Source: Fimbriosthenelais zetlandica
Lineage: Eukaryota
Assembly (NCBI GenBank): GCA_977030845.1
Contig: OZ365110.1
Span: 22,010,001 to 22,074,000 of the forward strand
Reading direction: 5' to 3'
Length of the DNA stretch: 64,000 nt
The notes under the pieces are model-generated. The model saw only the letters and a program-made list of their open reading frames with translations, ran no database searches and had not been told where the DNA came from. Made by a program: the position numbers and the translations under genes. This document shows positions 1 to 14,528 of the stretch, in pieces (position 1 is the stretch's first letter; every line of letters starts with the position of its first letter).

Positions 1-1049
1 ATTTTGATGCAAGTCTCTAGCCTCTACAGTTCGTCTTTAATTGGAATGCCATCACAGAGTCTTGCCCCGTGTCAGCAGCCATCGGCATCTAGTCTGTGCC
101 CATCCTGGCAAATACTTAATTGTCATTCCGGAAGCTGCCTTAGAGTAATCTGCATGGGAAACTTTGTCGATTTCCATGGCTTCGTTAGCATTTTGCTTGG
201 CAACCCGGACCCGTGGTGCTCGATACTAATTCAATAGCTTTTGTCTTCACCCTCAATATTCGCAACAGGCTCAATTAGTGAATGGAAAGACTATAGATGT
301 GAATGGATGGTACTTCTCGGCTTTGCTGTAAGGGAAATGAAAACGAAGAAGACCTTTAGATGTGCGAGGAGACGTCAAAGGAATAGAACAATTTTTATAT
401 TCACAGTATTGAACTACAGTACTTTAATTGTCAAGCCTTTGAAGCTTGTAGCTCCTATAGTGAAGACCACTCTAAGATAAGGAATACTAGTATCGGTCTA
501 ATTTTCAATGATCAGAACTTCAAACTCCAGATTTATATCTAATGAAGGGACTAATATAGAGCTGCTAATTTAATGCGGCGTTCTTTTTTTAAACCGTCCT
601 CTGGACTGCTGGACTGTCTCTTCGTGAATTAGGCAACTTTGATCAGTTGTTCTGTGTATAGTGAGAGTGTAGTATAAGGCAGGCAATAGGAGTGTATATA
701 TTTCTTCTGCACGGAATATAAAGACAAGTATCTAGTTTGAATACGCGATAATGTAGTATTACATAGACAGCCTGGAGTTGACTGGAGGACACCCAGGAGG
801 TTGGAGCTGGCAGCTCTGTAATAGTGTAAACAGGAGGAGGGGTTTCATCAGGCCACCTCCTGGTCAGCCCTGATAAGACTAACCAGAGGCTGACCAGCGT
901 CCAGATGGTCATTCCTCACTATTATTGATCAGTCCCATCAGTATAGATCAGATATATATAAACACATGCCAGATCCTAGCTGGTCAGAGACAGAGAGCTC
1001 AGAGATACATTAAATCACCCCAAGAAAGAAGCCAGCCTCTTCTGACTCT

Positions 1050-1105
1050 CCCCCCCCCCCCCCCCCCCCCCCACACACACACACTCTCTCTCTCTAAAAA
1101 AAAAA
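1050..1105. repeat. Compound simple repeat C23-(AC)6-(TC)5T-A10
   Basis: Read directly: poly-C 1050-1072, AC repeat 1073-1084, TC repeat 1085-1095, poly-A 1096-1105. Confidence 0.95.
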
Positions 1106-1549
1106 CCCTCCCAGTCAAAAAGTGCCCAACCCATGTGCCAACATGCAGTCCCATTATCATTCTTGTCTCATTCATATTAGGTTATGTTGTTTTCTTTCCT
1201 AAGGTATTATGTTTTTTGATCTCTGCTTATGTTGTTAATCAAGTTAACAAAACAAAGTGTTGTTGAAATGACTTGAAACTAGAAGAAGGCTATTGTATTT
1301 CACAATGAAACAATATTATAATATGATCCGCTGCAGGGTCCAATAGAAAATAGCGTCTCTTTCGATGTAATATTGAATTTCCTGGATTTAAGTAGAGAGA
1401 TTAGGAAATATTTTATATTTATATATAAAACAAAAATTCAAACCTGCCTTTTAATATTACGACCAAGAGTAGATTTAAAAAAAATATTCATTGTTTTCAA
1501 ATGTGTAAATGTGATAAAATAATGAAACATTTCTCCCTTTCTCTTCCAG

Positions 1550-1609
1550 ACAAGTGCGAGCTTCTCAAGACAACAACAACACCGTCCCTGTTTGAGATCA
1601 TATATAGAG
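1550..1609 (+). other. Candidate 60-nt internal exon
   Basis: Acceptor TTTCTCCCTTTCTCTTCCAG ends 1549; donor GAG|GTAGGT at 1610. Two frames are open (xKCELLKTTTTPSLFEIIYR or TSASFSRQQQHRPCLRSYIE); no homology recognised. Confidence 0.45.
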
Positions 1610-2329
1610 GTAGGTTTAATAAATTAATCTTGGCAGGCTGGACGTAAAACAAGGGGTTAATGTCATTGTCTTCCGGAGAAAATCTCATTTGGAGATGAGC
1701 TTGGTCGGTGGCAGGCAACTGAGAAAGCACCAGCCAAGGACCTATTAGAAGCAAACAAAAGATACCTTTCTTAATGTCTTTGGATTTTTACTACTAAGGG
1801 AGAAAATCAATTTAGGATAATACAATAAGAGCGATAGGAACCACAAGGCTCTGTATGCATGCAGTGGGCGGGAAATAACAAGGGAAATTGTTGTAATTGT
1901 TCATGAGAACTCATTATGGAACATCCCCACTGATATTGACAGAAATCTAATAATATTTGGCCGGAATCCGATCGGCTTAGGACACTTGACATTCAATGCC
2001 ATACTTCAGCCCATCTTTAGAATCACAATTTATAGTTACATCCATGAAGAAAATGGTTGTTTTTTTAGCATCAGATGTTTACCACTAAATATTCCCATAA
2101 TATTGGGGTGTATACCTGACACGTATTTCTCAAAACTTTAGTATAATCAAATAAACCAAGTTACTAGAAATAAACAGTTAGTAAATCACCTTTCAAATTA
2201 GATCTAAACTAGTTTCTGCCTTCAAACAAAATGTATATTGACGACCACACTAAATATACGGCGCCGTTGATTTTAAGCCGGGGGTTTTTATTCATACTTT
2301 GTAACACAATCTGCCCACGTACTGGATAC

Positions 2330-2610
2330 AAATGGGCTGTTCAAGCCATGTGGCAGGTGCTCCTTGTCTATATAGCAGGCCACACCAAAGAGTGGCCACA
2401 CTGACATTGCCGGGCTTGTCAAAAGTCTCCACTTCTCAAAGCGGAAGTGCCTCTGGCAACGCAATTCCCACTTCCTGTCTGACCTCGACTGGCCGCCCCC
2501 CACACAAGCCGCCTCTGGCTGCTAGATCGACCCGATGTTTCCCATCCAGGAACAGTTGTGAGAGGAAAGTGCTTTTGAACCAGCAGCAAAACTTAGTTTC
2601 GCGAATGTGA
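2330..2610. promoter_or_regulatory. GC-enriched enhancer-like island with ETS-type sites
   Basis: CGGAAGTG 2442-2449, CACTTCCTG 2469-2477 and CSL-like TTCCCAC 2465-2471 in a locally GC-rich block. Motif match only. Confidence 0.3.
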
Positions 2611-5600
2611 ACATTTGTCCAATGACCTTTTTTCATCACATCTGTCAACTTTATACACAACATTCCCCAATGGACAGCCTATTAGTAGTTGTTTCCATTG
2701 TCCTTGGAACATATGGTGTGGTTTACGTTTTTACAGCACATTTAAGCAACATTTAATTCCTAGCCATATCCGCCATCTTTCTTTTGATGAATTACTATAA
2801 TTATTGCATGTTCGTGTTAAAAATTTGGGAAATGGGAAATCAAGTTGGTAAAGTCAACTTGCTCCGTGATCCAAAGTTACAACCTTTCCCAAAGACGAAA
2901 TGAAAAGTCATCCTTATTTAATATTAAAGTTTCACCCATATTAAAGTTTTCCTGATCAGCATGCTTTCATGACACGGAAGGCGACAGATCCCGTGAATAT
3001 TTATCAATAAAGTCCTCTCAGTTTTTTGTAATGAGGAAGACAACACGGAAATGCCTTTGCGTGTCCGAGAACTAAGTGCCGGTTCAAGTTCCACCTAGAT
3101 ATCCGATTCAAGGACGTGGTCTAGGTCATATTAACATGCCCTAGCAACATGCCATGTTCATATTACATGACAACTACCAGCGCCACCTATCACATTTTAT
3201 CACGCTACTCATGACTCTTTATACACTATTTTGATAACGATTCTATAGCTTAATATCCACTTCCTATTGTATAGTTGTCAACTACAGACGTTATTGACGG
3301 TAGGTAAATGTCATCTACATGTATGATGAGATAATTATCAATGAAAGCTAGTATTGTTTACCATCAGTCATTTACACCACCTCTCATATAGAGATTAAAT
3401 ACCCAGCTCTATAATTGACTGTTAGTCGTGGGATAATCTATGGGCTAGTATTTATTTCAAATTACCATAATGCTGGTATTATATCTTTAATGTATTCTAG
3501 TCCTGTTTCCTGTACTTGGGAAAATGACATCAGTTTCAAGAGATAATTACTATATTGGACGTCCCAGCTTCACCAATTTTTTTTATGCCATTGTAATCTC
3601 TCCTCTTTTAGAATTCTCCTCCTGTTCCTTACCTTTCATCTATTGTGCTTTAGGTTTTTTGTCACATCCTGCATGCCCTCCTATTTCCTCTTCCCTTCCT
3701 AGCGTTTCCTCAGTCAATCTTGCTCAGTCCTTCTATCCCCACGCCTCCTTCCTGTTCCTGAACTGTTTTTCTCTCTCATCCAACTGACTTGTCAGCTGAA
3801 AATTTCATTCCCCAATTACCAGGGTTAAGTCTCCAATGATAATGAATTATTGGACATCAATTCCAAATAAAAAGAATCAAATTGACGACAGAAATGACAG
3901 GGCAAGGGGACATCAGAGATGGAGAAAAGCAAATAATCTTAAGTCTAAAATTTCTGCCCAAGTTCATTGCTTGCGGTGGAACATTTAAATTATCATATGG
4001 AAGTTGTATTCATATAAAAATGAGTTGGTATTCTCTTCCCCCTTTACTCCGTTATGCGCAGAGCCTTTAAATATTCAAGTCCATCTGGTACGTTGATTGT
4101 GTGAAGGGAATAAGGAGCCCCGGTTCAAAGAGAGTGTAACCTTGCCTTGTGCACGGTGAGGGTAAACTCGATCAGTCTGATTGAGATCAGCTTTACGAAG
4201 GCTTCTTCGTCTTAACCTGGCCCGTATCGGTCACCACAAGGAACCCACAATCAGGCTAGCTAACCAAATTACTTCCTCCACGGCCCAGCCGCTCGCTGTC
4301 CAATAGAAAAATAGATTGGGATCCAGTCTTCAGAGGCTGTTTGTTTCCAGGCCAGTGTTTTTAGGATCATCTGACACTTTCATTACATTATGTGAATAGA
4401 TAGTGTTACATTCTATCGGAGTATTGTCAGATTGCAGACTTTCATATCCACTTTCATGCTCTTAGCAGGAAAGAATATGACTATAGTTGCTCAGTTCCAA
4501 CTTCTTGAGGATTGAATCAGTTGAATATCAGATTTATATTATAATGATGGAAATATAGAGGTTAATAGTTTTTATTTATAAGTATAGACTAGATGGTTAG
4601 AATCGTTTTAATTAAGTAAATTAGCCTATCATATGACCCCTTTGCATAATGAAAAACTGCTATCCCTTTTGATATTTACAATGATTGAAATGGAGGTTAA
4701 TTTATAGCCGGCATATGGTCTTATTTGGATGGTTAGCACCAATTTAATCAGGTGAATAGCAGGTTGACTATGATATACTGTTGCTTCAAGAAAGCCTTCT
4801 ATTTGCTATTATAATGACATTATGCGTACATGTATACATATAACAGCTAAAGAACTGTTAAGGAATCCTATCAGAAGGCATTCTCGTCTCGGGTTCCACT
4901 TTTGAAGCCAGCAGGCGATAAATGTTTGCATAGTGTATTAAGCCCTTTATGTGTCTGCTTGGATGCCTGCAGGTTCACTTAGTCAATCGGTAGTCAATCC
5001 ATGAACCACCAGCCTTGCCACTAAATGCAATTGGTCTGCTGGCGCAAATTGACCATTCATCAACTTGTTGGATCGCCCCTGGAAGTTAAAACCCCTCTGT
5101 GCTTTAGTGAAGTGAGTGAAAGACCCCAGAATTCGATATGCTGATTATATCTATGCGTTCTTTCACTAGCCTTTTAGGTAGAATGATGTGATTTATTGCC
5201 TTACTCATGACAATCAGCCACAATCATGAGAGCTCTCTTTCTTCACATCAATTTCGTAGCTCTTAATGTCTTTTCTCCTGAAGTCCTGCTCTCTCCAGAC
5301 TTGCTCGGTGCTTGGCTTGTTTATTTTCGATTGTCATTTAGGAAAAGTATTAGAGTACATGTATACACAGAAGTGATTTAAGCTATAGTGTATTCTACTA
5401 CTTGTTATGAATCGGTTTAATCAGGGGAGTAGCAGATTAATCTGATGACCCTTTACTGCGAGAATACCTCTATATTCCATTCCCTGAGTTGGAATAAACG
5501 CATTCCTTTTGCTATGTTACTGAGATTTGAAACTTGAAAAATGTAATGATTTAATTATCAAATATAAATCGGTTATAATGGATTAAATCAGACGAATAGC

Positions 5601-6686
5601 AGAATTCTCTTATGACGCTTAGATAAATCATAGCATAATGGAAGTTGTGGTATGGATGACATTATAAATTCTGATTATGTAATTTGGTAAGCCTAAACCT
5701 CAACACAAACTTATGTTTACCCGTAATGATTTATCAAGTATTGATCACCAAACTATATATATCGTACTTCTGAGCAAAACTGAGAAAGTCCTAAGAGTAA
5801 AAGGCTATCTGTGTCGAACCTCAGGTGCAGACAAGATGACACAGGGTAGTAGCTAAACAAAGAAAACCAATACATATTTTTACACATAAAAGTGTCTCCT
5901 ATGTTATTAACGATATTCTTTGAGCTCCCAAGAAGAGGCTGTCATCTGTTGGCTCTACTGTTTAGATTCAGCTCAGGTCTGTGGACGCAAGCAAGGCGAT
6001 CATTTTCTATACAAACTCAACGTGATTCATAACACCGGCCTTGGTTGGATGACAACCAAAGAGCTTTTGCTATAGATCTATGGCTTCGATATATTGAACC
6101 AACACGACATGTTTTGAACCCCTCCACGATAAAAGTATAATAATGATTTATATGAATAGCTTTGTGCCATATATGGCAATATATTCTTAAAGGAAATTCC
6201 TAGGGTTGCCCCGTTATAGAACTCCATACATTATGGTCTGGGACAGTATTATTTACGGCTAGCATTATCTGTACCTTTGCCACACAACATACACAGAGGC
6301 CTTGCTATACATATAATCGACCTTGCGGCGACAACAAGCCTTCTCGGATGCACACATCTCAGAAATGATTGCCACCAAATTGATACCTAATGATGCGGCT
6401 CACACTTATCAAGACAAATGTAGAAACTGTATCTATATTTATCTGTCATCTTCATTAATCCATATTGCCTCCAGCAAACTTTTATTACAGTGATTTACGT
6501 GACAGAGGAGTGATATGAAGTACTTTCCAAACAATAACACTGTTTGATAATTAATATTGGAGAGAGGGCGTACATGAATGAAAGTAATGGCCATTAGGGC
6601 CTACATTCCGTTATTTTGCCTTTTCAATATACTGGCAGAAAATATTTCCCTCAGTGGAAGTTAGTTGTTGGCTGGGCTCAGTCATT

Positions 6687-6796
6687 TACTCACTCAACTA
6701 TCTCACTCACTCATCCCCCCCCCCCTCCACTCCCTCACTCACTCGCCCACTCAAACTTGCTCGCCCGCTCTCTCACTCGCTCCCTCACTCGCCTCT
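6687..6796. repeat. (CACT)/(CTCG)-like low-complexity tract with poly-C core
   Basis: Repeated CTCACTCA/CTCGC units around a C run at about 6715-6725. Confidence 0.8.
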
Positions 6797-8904
6797 AAGT
6801 TTTGATGATGTGTGTTTTGTTTGACTGACAGAAAACCTATGATTTGTTTTGGCAAGAGCCCGGGGCAAGAAAGACAAATATTCAGAGATCAAATTGACGT
6901 TCTATTCTGAATGTGAAAAATGCTAAAAGCATTATAATACACAGTCTGAGTATTAAAATATACTAATCCTTTTAAGTAAATGCATTGGAAGCAAATCTGC
7001 ATGTACATAGGCTAAAATCTGCAGTTTAAGCGTTTGTAGAACGTAATGTATACCAAGCACATCAGAAAATGTAATCGTAATACCTTTTAGGCATTTAACA
7101 TGGAAGATAAAAGATTGTATGGACCACGACTTTAACCTTGTCTCACCCATCTTTCATATATATACATGGGGGATACGTGAATAATTCAGGTCACATACAA
7201 GTCTGTTGGAAAACATGTCCCATAAGATTTGCTTGGCTTTAACGAACCATCGTGCCCCGACCCGTCCAGCTTACACTCCCCTGTCACCAAACCCCCCTAT
7301 TTTAGATCATCACCAAAGGACCTTTATTTATGAGCCTAAATGTTCCTCCCTCATGAGAACAGCAGCAAGAGAGCGAGAAGTGAATCACATCTATTTAAGT
7401 GCCTTATCTGCCCTTCACCAAGGTGATGGCCGAGTGTTGGTTGTTAGGGAGAACATGGGTGGCGGCACCCCACCTGCCAGATGCTACAGGAAGCACTGAG
7501 TGACATTGGCATCAAATACAAATCCAAGGGAAAGCGAGCACTTTGCGTTGAGACCGGGGCTCCCTCAGGGGAACCCGGTGTATTTAGGTTTGACAGCTGA
7601 TGCGGGCCAATGGTCGGTCCCTTGGTAATGGAGGCAGGAGCTGCAGCTGAAGGGAGAAAACTAGAGGATATCTAGAGGGAGGGGAATGAAAGAGTGTATT
7701 CTGAAAGAGGGAAGCACTATAAGGGAGAAAAGCAGGCCTTGAAGGGAATCAAATGTACAGTTGATGCTTTAGTTAAATAGGAAAGTGAAAGAAAGCTCTG
7801 CTATGAGTGGAAATTAGAATGGGCTAGGGGTGACGGGAGTAAACTTTGGAAACAAGGATAAACATTGTTGAAATGAGTCGTAATTCAGTTGGCAGTCCCA
7901 GTAGAATCCCTGGATAAATATTGGATAATGAGCCAGCTTCCAGGGCTTCCAGCAAATTAAGCATCACGTTGGTATTAATCGCTTCAATTTTCCGAAGGCA
8001 AAAATAGGAGGTGAAGTGAGACCAACGTTTTGTGCTATACCAATTAAAATTAAGGTAGATTGCGAATAGAGCCTTTGCACTAATCATACTGAGTGCATGC
8101 ATGCAGACTGAGTCTGAGTGAAACAGGCACTGAAAGGCGCCAATACCTGAATTTAGTTCTCCTTCTTGGTAAAATCGTTCCAAAAACGAGATATATAGAC
8201 AAGAAATGGGAAAGCAATGATAATATATTTGTTACAATATTAATGCAATCTTCGTTAGTAAGAGGAAAATTATCGAGAGTTACAAGCCACTTAAAGTCAG
8301 AAATGTCAGTTAAAGAGGTATTTATATGAATCATTCTCAGAGTAAAGAGGTTCAAGTGGTCGCTAGAAGCCATCAAAGTAACCCAATGGCGTCCAATGAA
8401 GCCAGGTACTAGACGTCCCTCTGAGTTATGATGGCTTGAAGGGAGTTGCAAATGGAGTGTATACATTAGAGAGACTAATGTGACGGAAAAGATTATATTA
8501 CCGCTATAATAAATAACTTATACTGTCCTACGAGTGCTTTAATGATACGTGTCTTCTCTGACAAGAAAGAAGTTCAGAGCTGTCCCGTATACATAGTTCC
8601 AGCAGTTTATGGGCTGCAGGCTGAATATTAATTCATCAATCACATCGTTTCTGTTTTATGTTACCACGGCAATACTATTTCCATTTCAAATTTGGAATGA
8701 AATGCTGTTTTGAAAAGATGCACTCTATTTCCCAAGGTCATGCAGAGAAGAACCTTAAGATTGGGTTTGTCCAAGCAGTGCCTGAGAATATGAATAGAAA
8801 ATTTGTTTTTCTCTTCACTGAGCATGATTTACCATTGCATCTTAGGTGAGATTTCTTTGTACTCGGTAGACAGTTACTTTAATTGTCAATTTATCGTTTT
8901 GAAA

Positions 8905-8975
8905 AAGGGCATTGTGCCATCTGATCATGGAAGAGCCCTGAGAGTGTGATCCCAGGTCCCCGGGTTTCAATTTAT
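8905..8975 (+). mobile_element. Possible highly decayed tRNA-derived SINE head
   Basis: GTGATCCCAGGTCCCCGGGTTTCAA resembles a tRNA anticodon-to-T-arm/B-box segment; the A box is barely recognisable. Confidence 0.22.
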
Positions 8976-9930
8976 TTTTAGTGGGGGACACAGGTGGTCC
9001 TGGGGTTCATTCATGCTTTACTGGTAGAAAGCAAGATTAATGGCGAGGGAGGCAAGTACATGTACTATAAGACACCCTCGTGAGGCACATGACATCTCAG
9101 CCTTTGTATTTAGAATGAAATGGTGCCACTGTGAACTCATTACGGAGCGGAAATTAATTTGCATTGTTACCAAGCCTGGTGCTCCAACTGATCATTTCCA
9201 GAGAATCCTCTGAAAGATGAGATTTGATAATTAAAAGAAATCTAAACCAGCCCAGGTTTATTACTCGGGTTGTTCCACCTCTTTCCTCTATTGATTTTCC
9301 GGGGTTCATAAAACATTTTGCTGTTGGTAAACCTATGTTTTGTCCTGTTGATCAACTATGGAATGAATGAGTAAAAATGGATCTTTAGGAAATTAAACTA
9401 TGAAATGAATTTAATCAAATAATCAATCTTTCACCTTTCTTCCTAAGATCTGAAGGCATACCAGCCACAACAAAAAAGCAGGAAATGCCCAGCTTAGCTG
9501 AATGCTTGCAGGGATTGCTGACTAAGGGTTTACCACAGTAGGAGGTCCCTCAGCATGTAAGCATGGGAACATGACCAGAATGTGACTAATGGCTGGTACA
9601 TTATGGCAAGCCAGATGCTTCATGCCATAAACTGGTTTTAGCCATCAGAATATCATTCATTTTACTAATTTTTTTCCAGTGGAATTGTTGCATTTGTTTA
9701 TACTTAATAATATATTTACCCCAACCCACTGCCACATAATTCCCCCACACCCTCATAACCTGTGCACAACCTCCTTGGGCTTATCATCGTGACCAATTGT
9801 TTTGTGAGTTAAGCACAACTTGTGCCACGCATGCCAGTGAAGTGGCACGCAAATTTTGTGAAATTTATACATTGAGCCTGACATAACAACACCTTACGAC
9901 GGCAGTATGGAATGGACAACCACAGGAGGT

Positions 9931-9958
9931 AGTCCCTCTTGTGGTCCACAGAGGGACT
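9931..9958. repeat. 13-bp-arm inverted repeat with a 1-nt bulge
   Basis: AGTCCCTCTTGTGG-T-CCACAGAGGGACT; the right arm reverse-complements to AGTCCCTCTGTGG. Confidence 0.8.
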
Positions 9959-12900
9959 CGTGCTTGATCAATTATGGCCTGCCATTACCTCCTCCTCAGA
10001 TGTCTTGTGTAGCAGGCCCTCCCAGGCGAATAGGGAGGACCTGCCCAAGTAATATTCTTAATAGACACTCAATGTCACGCTAGTGAGTTCATTAAGGCAG
10101 TAAGAGGATTTTAACAGCAGGATGACAGGGGATTGAATGTCAGTTTTGTTATAATAAAGCTCCACAGAAAAGCCTTCCTCTCTCTTTGATTGTAGATCAT
10201 GCATCAGTTCTGCGGAACATCTTCTGTTTAAGGCTAAAGCTAAGGCTGTGGTTCCCTTATAAACAGGGTTTGTAGGTGGAGCTTCAGATGTGAGGAAATT
10301 CCAATTAATTTGTATTGGAATAAATTTTCACATGTTAAATGAGACAACGATTTATTTCATATACACATGGTTTGGAACGTACGATCGGTTCTTTTGAAGT
10401 GCCTTCTTCTTTTTGGAATGAGAACATCTTACTGTGGTTTCTAACTGGACATCTTGTAGTAGATACGGTATATTTATATGACCGAAAAAGAAATAATTTT
10501 CTTCCACTTATTCCGAAATTGAGATTTTCAGTATCTGAATCACCGCCATGATTTATTATTTAAACAAAAATTGTTGTAAATATTTGCTGGTAAAATATTA
10601 ACTTGGCGCTGGCAGATGTTCCACTTTTGCGAAGCCGTGTCTTCCCATTATGCATTTATCAAATAGTTTTTTTCAAAAGGAAGCTGATTTTTAGAAATAG
10701 TTACTTTCAATTCATTCTGAAAGCTTTCATTTGAGGGAGAAATGGCACTTTGATTTGTCTTTTTATAAAAGAGGGATCTTTGCCTTTTTGCACTGATGCC
10801 GACCCAAGTGACTTTAACCCCTCCCACCCTTCATTCATTTAAATGCTGAAACTCATTATAGTGTTTTTCTATTAGGCCTAAGTTCGAGCAATATCTCTAA
10901 ATATTTAGGACGACTTTGACTGAATCATGACTTTTGACTTACGAATCATAATGGAGACTTTCTATAAGTTCAGAAAGACAATATATACCCAAAGGTTCAT
11001 GGTTTTCAATATAGAGCTCCGTTCTGTATCCCTGAGTAGGCCTATCCCTGCAATAAATTATGCTGTTCCATATAACAAAAGGTCTGTATCACATGTGGGT
11101 TTGGGCAGGGTGGGTTTGATTCAGTGGTGAGTCTACAGTATAGGATGTTTATGTATGTCTTAGAGTGGGTGTATCCTTCCTGCCAATTTGGGTTTGTGGA
11201 CTTGTGCTGACTGTGTAAGCAATGAAATCAATACGCCTCACCTTGAGGCTTCGTCCTTTCCTGCTGTAGTGGCGGGTTTCATGTTATCTACCTAGTGAAG
11301 TGCAGCAAAACAACTATCTTTTTCTCCCAACAACTCGGATTCCATACATTATTTTCACTGCTTTAATCATTTCTATTACCATACACTAATTTAGTCCAGG
11401 TATAATCTTGAGATATATTCTTGAACATTTTTGCAAAGAGGCTAAATTGTTATCTAATGCACCCCAAGTAGGTTAATGAATAACTTCAAGGCAGTGTTCG
11501 AAAACCTTCTAGGATATCTCCAATTAGGTCTCCCCTGCGGTCAATGTATAGGGGAAAGTAAATGGATCTTCGTTCATTATGAATAAGACAGAAATGGATC
11601 CAATATCAATAATGAGCACTTCCCCACAAGAGCAGTACTGTTGTATTTGTGAGACATAACCAACTTAGTGAATTAGACTGGCATAAAGTGGGATGGAGCC
11701 ACATAAATATATGCATGTTTCCATGTCATTGGAGGCCTTGATATCACCCAGCAGGTGATCCCGAATCTTCCTCACACTAAGCACTTACAGCTGTTAATAA
11801 GCCGTCTGTAATTAGAAATAATGTCCTCGGTGAGAGTTGCTCTTGGGCCACCTGCCATGATAGCAATTTACACTTCATTATTATGCAGGATAAAAATGTT
11901 CGGATCAGAGGTTACCTAATGTAAACGAAGATTTATAGCTTCATTTGCGAAGACCAAAAGTCGATTAGTTTCCCTGTTCACGGGCATAAAATATGTTAAT
12001 TTTGTCTGTGTCAGCATAGATATCATCATTAATTCCTGGAAATGATGTATATTGTATTCTGTGACTTCACAGAAGCAGTTATTGCTTTTTTGCTTACACA
12101 GAACGCCACTAAAAGGCCGGTCTCGATATGGGGACCCACCCTTTTATTGATCACTGCTTTATTTTTAGCGGACCATTTGAACCATAAAACGTGGAGTGTG
12201 GCCTTTATTCTTAAAGAACAATAGCTGTGTGGTTCTCACAAGGTTCCTACAGGTCATAAACTCAATGTTGTACAAGATGCTATATGATTAGGCTAATATG
12301 CCATAGAGAATAATTCAAAGCAAAGTTAAACCACTGTTCCACAATGGTCTCCACTGATTTTACACCTAAAATTGATTCTCGTTGTGGCACATCCTGAATA
12401 GTATATGTTTTTAAAATATATAAATTTGCATATCATTATGATAAACAATTTGAGGACTGATCCAAATGATCTCGAGATGGGCACATTGTTTTGGTTCACT
12501 TCAGGCTGAAAGTATGTCCTCGTCATTAGTAGTGTGGTCTACTTAGTGAGCTGGTCATTATGCAAGGTTTAACAGTAAATTAAATCCGAAATAATATTAT
12601 GTATTCTCAATTTTGTTGATCCAAAGGAGCATTGATAACAGGCAGTAATATGCACTGGTGCAATAGCTAAAATATCTCCCATCCCTGGTACTGTATATAT
12701 GTTGGCGGGTCATGCCATTGTTGTTGCCCTATAGCATGGTAAGATATATATCATGATATCCTTGACATGGCCATGTCGGTCTACACCGACTGACGATCAT
12801 GTCACTACTGATAAATCTTCATTTGGACACTGTATATAGGTGAGCTGACGCATCTGTGGCAAAACAAGATAGTGTGGAGTATATAGGAGAGAAATGTAGG

Positions 12901-14429
12901 GCCTGTTGCACAATAATATTATGTGCAACGGCTGTGGCCATATTGTCGCAGTTATGGCCAATCTTTTTCAAATGGGTGAAAACACCACTATAGTTTAGCT
13001 GAATTTGTGCCAGATGCGGATGTTGTTGGAGAAAATTGCAACAGAAAGTTGCCGGAGAAAAAAACCCGTGGAACTATCCCATGCATATTGGAGTCATTGG
13101 ACATTTGCAACGGCTGTTGCAATATTACTGTCACAATTATAGTGCTAATTTATATGACCTACTAGTATGATACATAGCATTGTATAGACACTGTTCTGAT
13201 CTGGGACCTTTGAGTCAATTCTTGGGAAGGACTCGCATCAATCTCACAAAGACCTGGGCAATCCTGTCAGTGTAGACAATCTATTATAGTATTCATGGCA
13301 CACTATCTTGTGTTGCAATGCTATAATGTGAAGGAAGGTGATGACATGAGATGGTCTCTACCTCTCGGTGGATCTCCCCTTACCTCTCCCTATAGTACCA
13401 TAGAGGAACTCAATCCAGCCTGATTTCCCATGTGTCTGTATGAATCCCGCCTCACTTCACCTCATCCTGCCATGACGGGTCACTTATTGCTGCCTCTAAA
13501 TACGTCTCTCCACCTCAATGCACTGCTCTTTTAATACAATCCTCATACAATAATATCATGTGTTTTTAAATTGAATTCTAAATTTATTATTACTATAAAA
13601 TTATACAATCCACTTCGAGTTAAAGGGCAGACCGCATACTGAAATGACACTGGTTCCTGCATGGATCTTTGAAGCCGGACTCCCATAATGCGACCTTGGT
13701 TCTGATCAAATTACCCATTTATTAATTATAGTCGCATTAGGGGTCAAACATCACTGCATGCTGGCACATGGCAATTTAGGGATGCTGTCGCTTTATAGGG
13801 GTGTGGTCGTTTATGGAGAATCGACTGTGCTTAATGGTCTGATATAACATGTAACTATTGGAATGTTACAAAAAAAGCTTGTAACATCATACCATTTTGT
13901 TCTACTAATAATGAGGACTGTCCCCATATATGGAGCGCAATTAAGCAAAGTGCCATATATTTCCCCCTTGTCACCAGACGATACTGGTGCCATATTTGAT
14001 ATTGTTTTTCACCCTGGTGACCATTGCTTTCATGGGACATTTGCTTTATGGGAGGGGTCAGCAATACATCATGCTGAAACCATAGCAGGCCTGGTAGGAA
14101 AAAAGATATGACATAAAGTGATTTTCCAATCAATTGCTCCTGCTTTTGCTCAGCGAAAATGGACACACCCTCCGTTATGCCTCAGTTCGCGAAGTTATAC
14201 TTTCTTGAGTTGTGGTCTTTCGGTCGAGATCAGATATTTAATGGTTTTGCTGACAGAGGAAAAGTATTTAGAACTCTAAAGTTAAATTTTCACAAAGTCA
14301 TTTTTTCAGTTTTCCAAACCATTAACATTCTAAGATGGGTTTCTTTCCAGGCGATTGTCCATATCGTACTAGGAGGCATATCTTCTATGCAACTACTATT
14401 CCTCATGTACAAGTACTCTTGAACATATC

Positions 14430-14528
14430 ACACCCTTATGGGAGACTCAGTGAAAATGCCTTGGACAGCTTGGGGATTGAACCGTTGATCTTTTGAAACA
14501 ATGCAACCGGCTGAGCCACCTCTCCCGG
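14430..14528 (-). mobile_element. tRNA-derived SINE 5' region (Pol III A and B boxes)
   Basis: Minus strand reads GAGGTGGCTCAGCCGGTT (A box, 14518-14506) ... GGTTCAATCCC (B box, 14483-14473), then GCTGTCCAAGGCATTTTCAC, resembling the post-tRNA TCC..CAAGGCACTT segment of many deuterostome SINEs. No complete cloverleaf. Confidence 0.68.

Noticed and set aside
7824-8466. Overlapping 119- and 128-aa minus-strand ORFs with a hydrophobic stretch
   Set aside because: No recognisable domain or splice context; consistent with chance.
13811-14422. Cluster of overlapping ORFs on both strands
   Set aside because: My translation of the minus frames shows repeated stops and no transposase or other motif.
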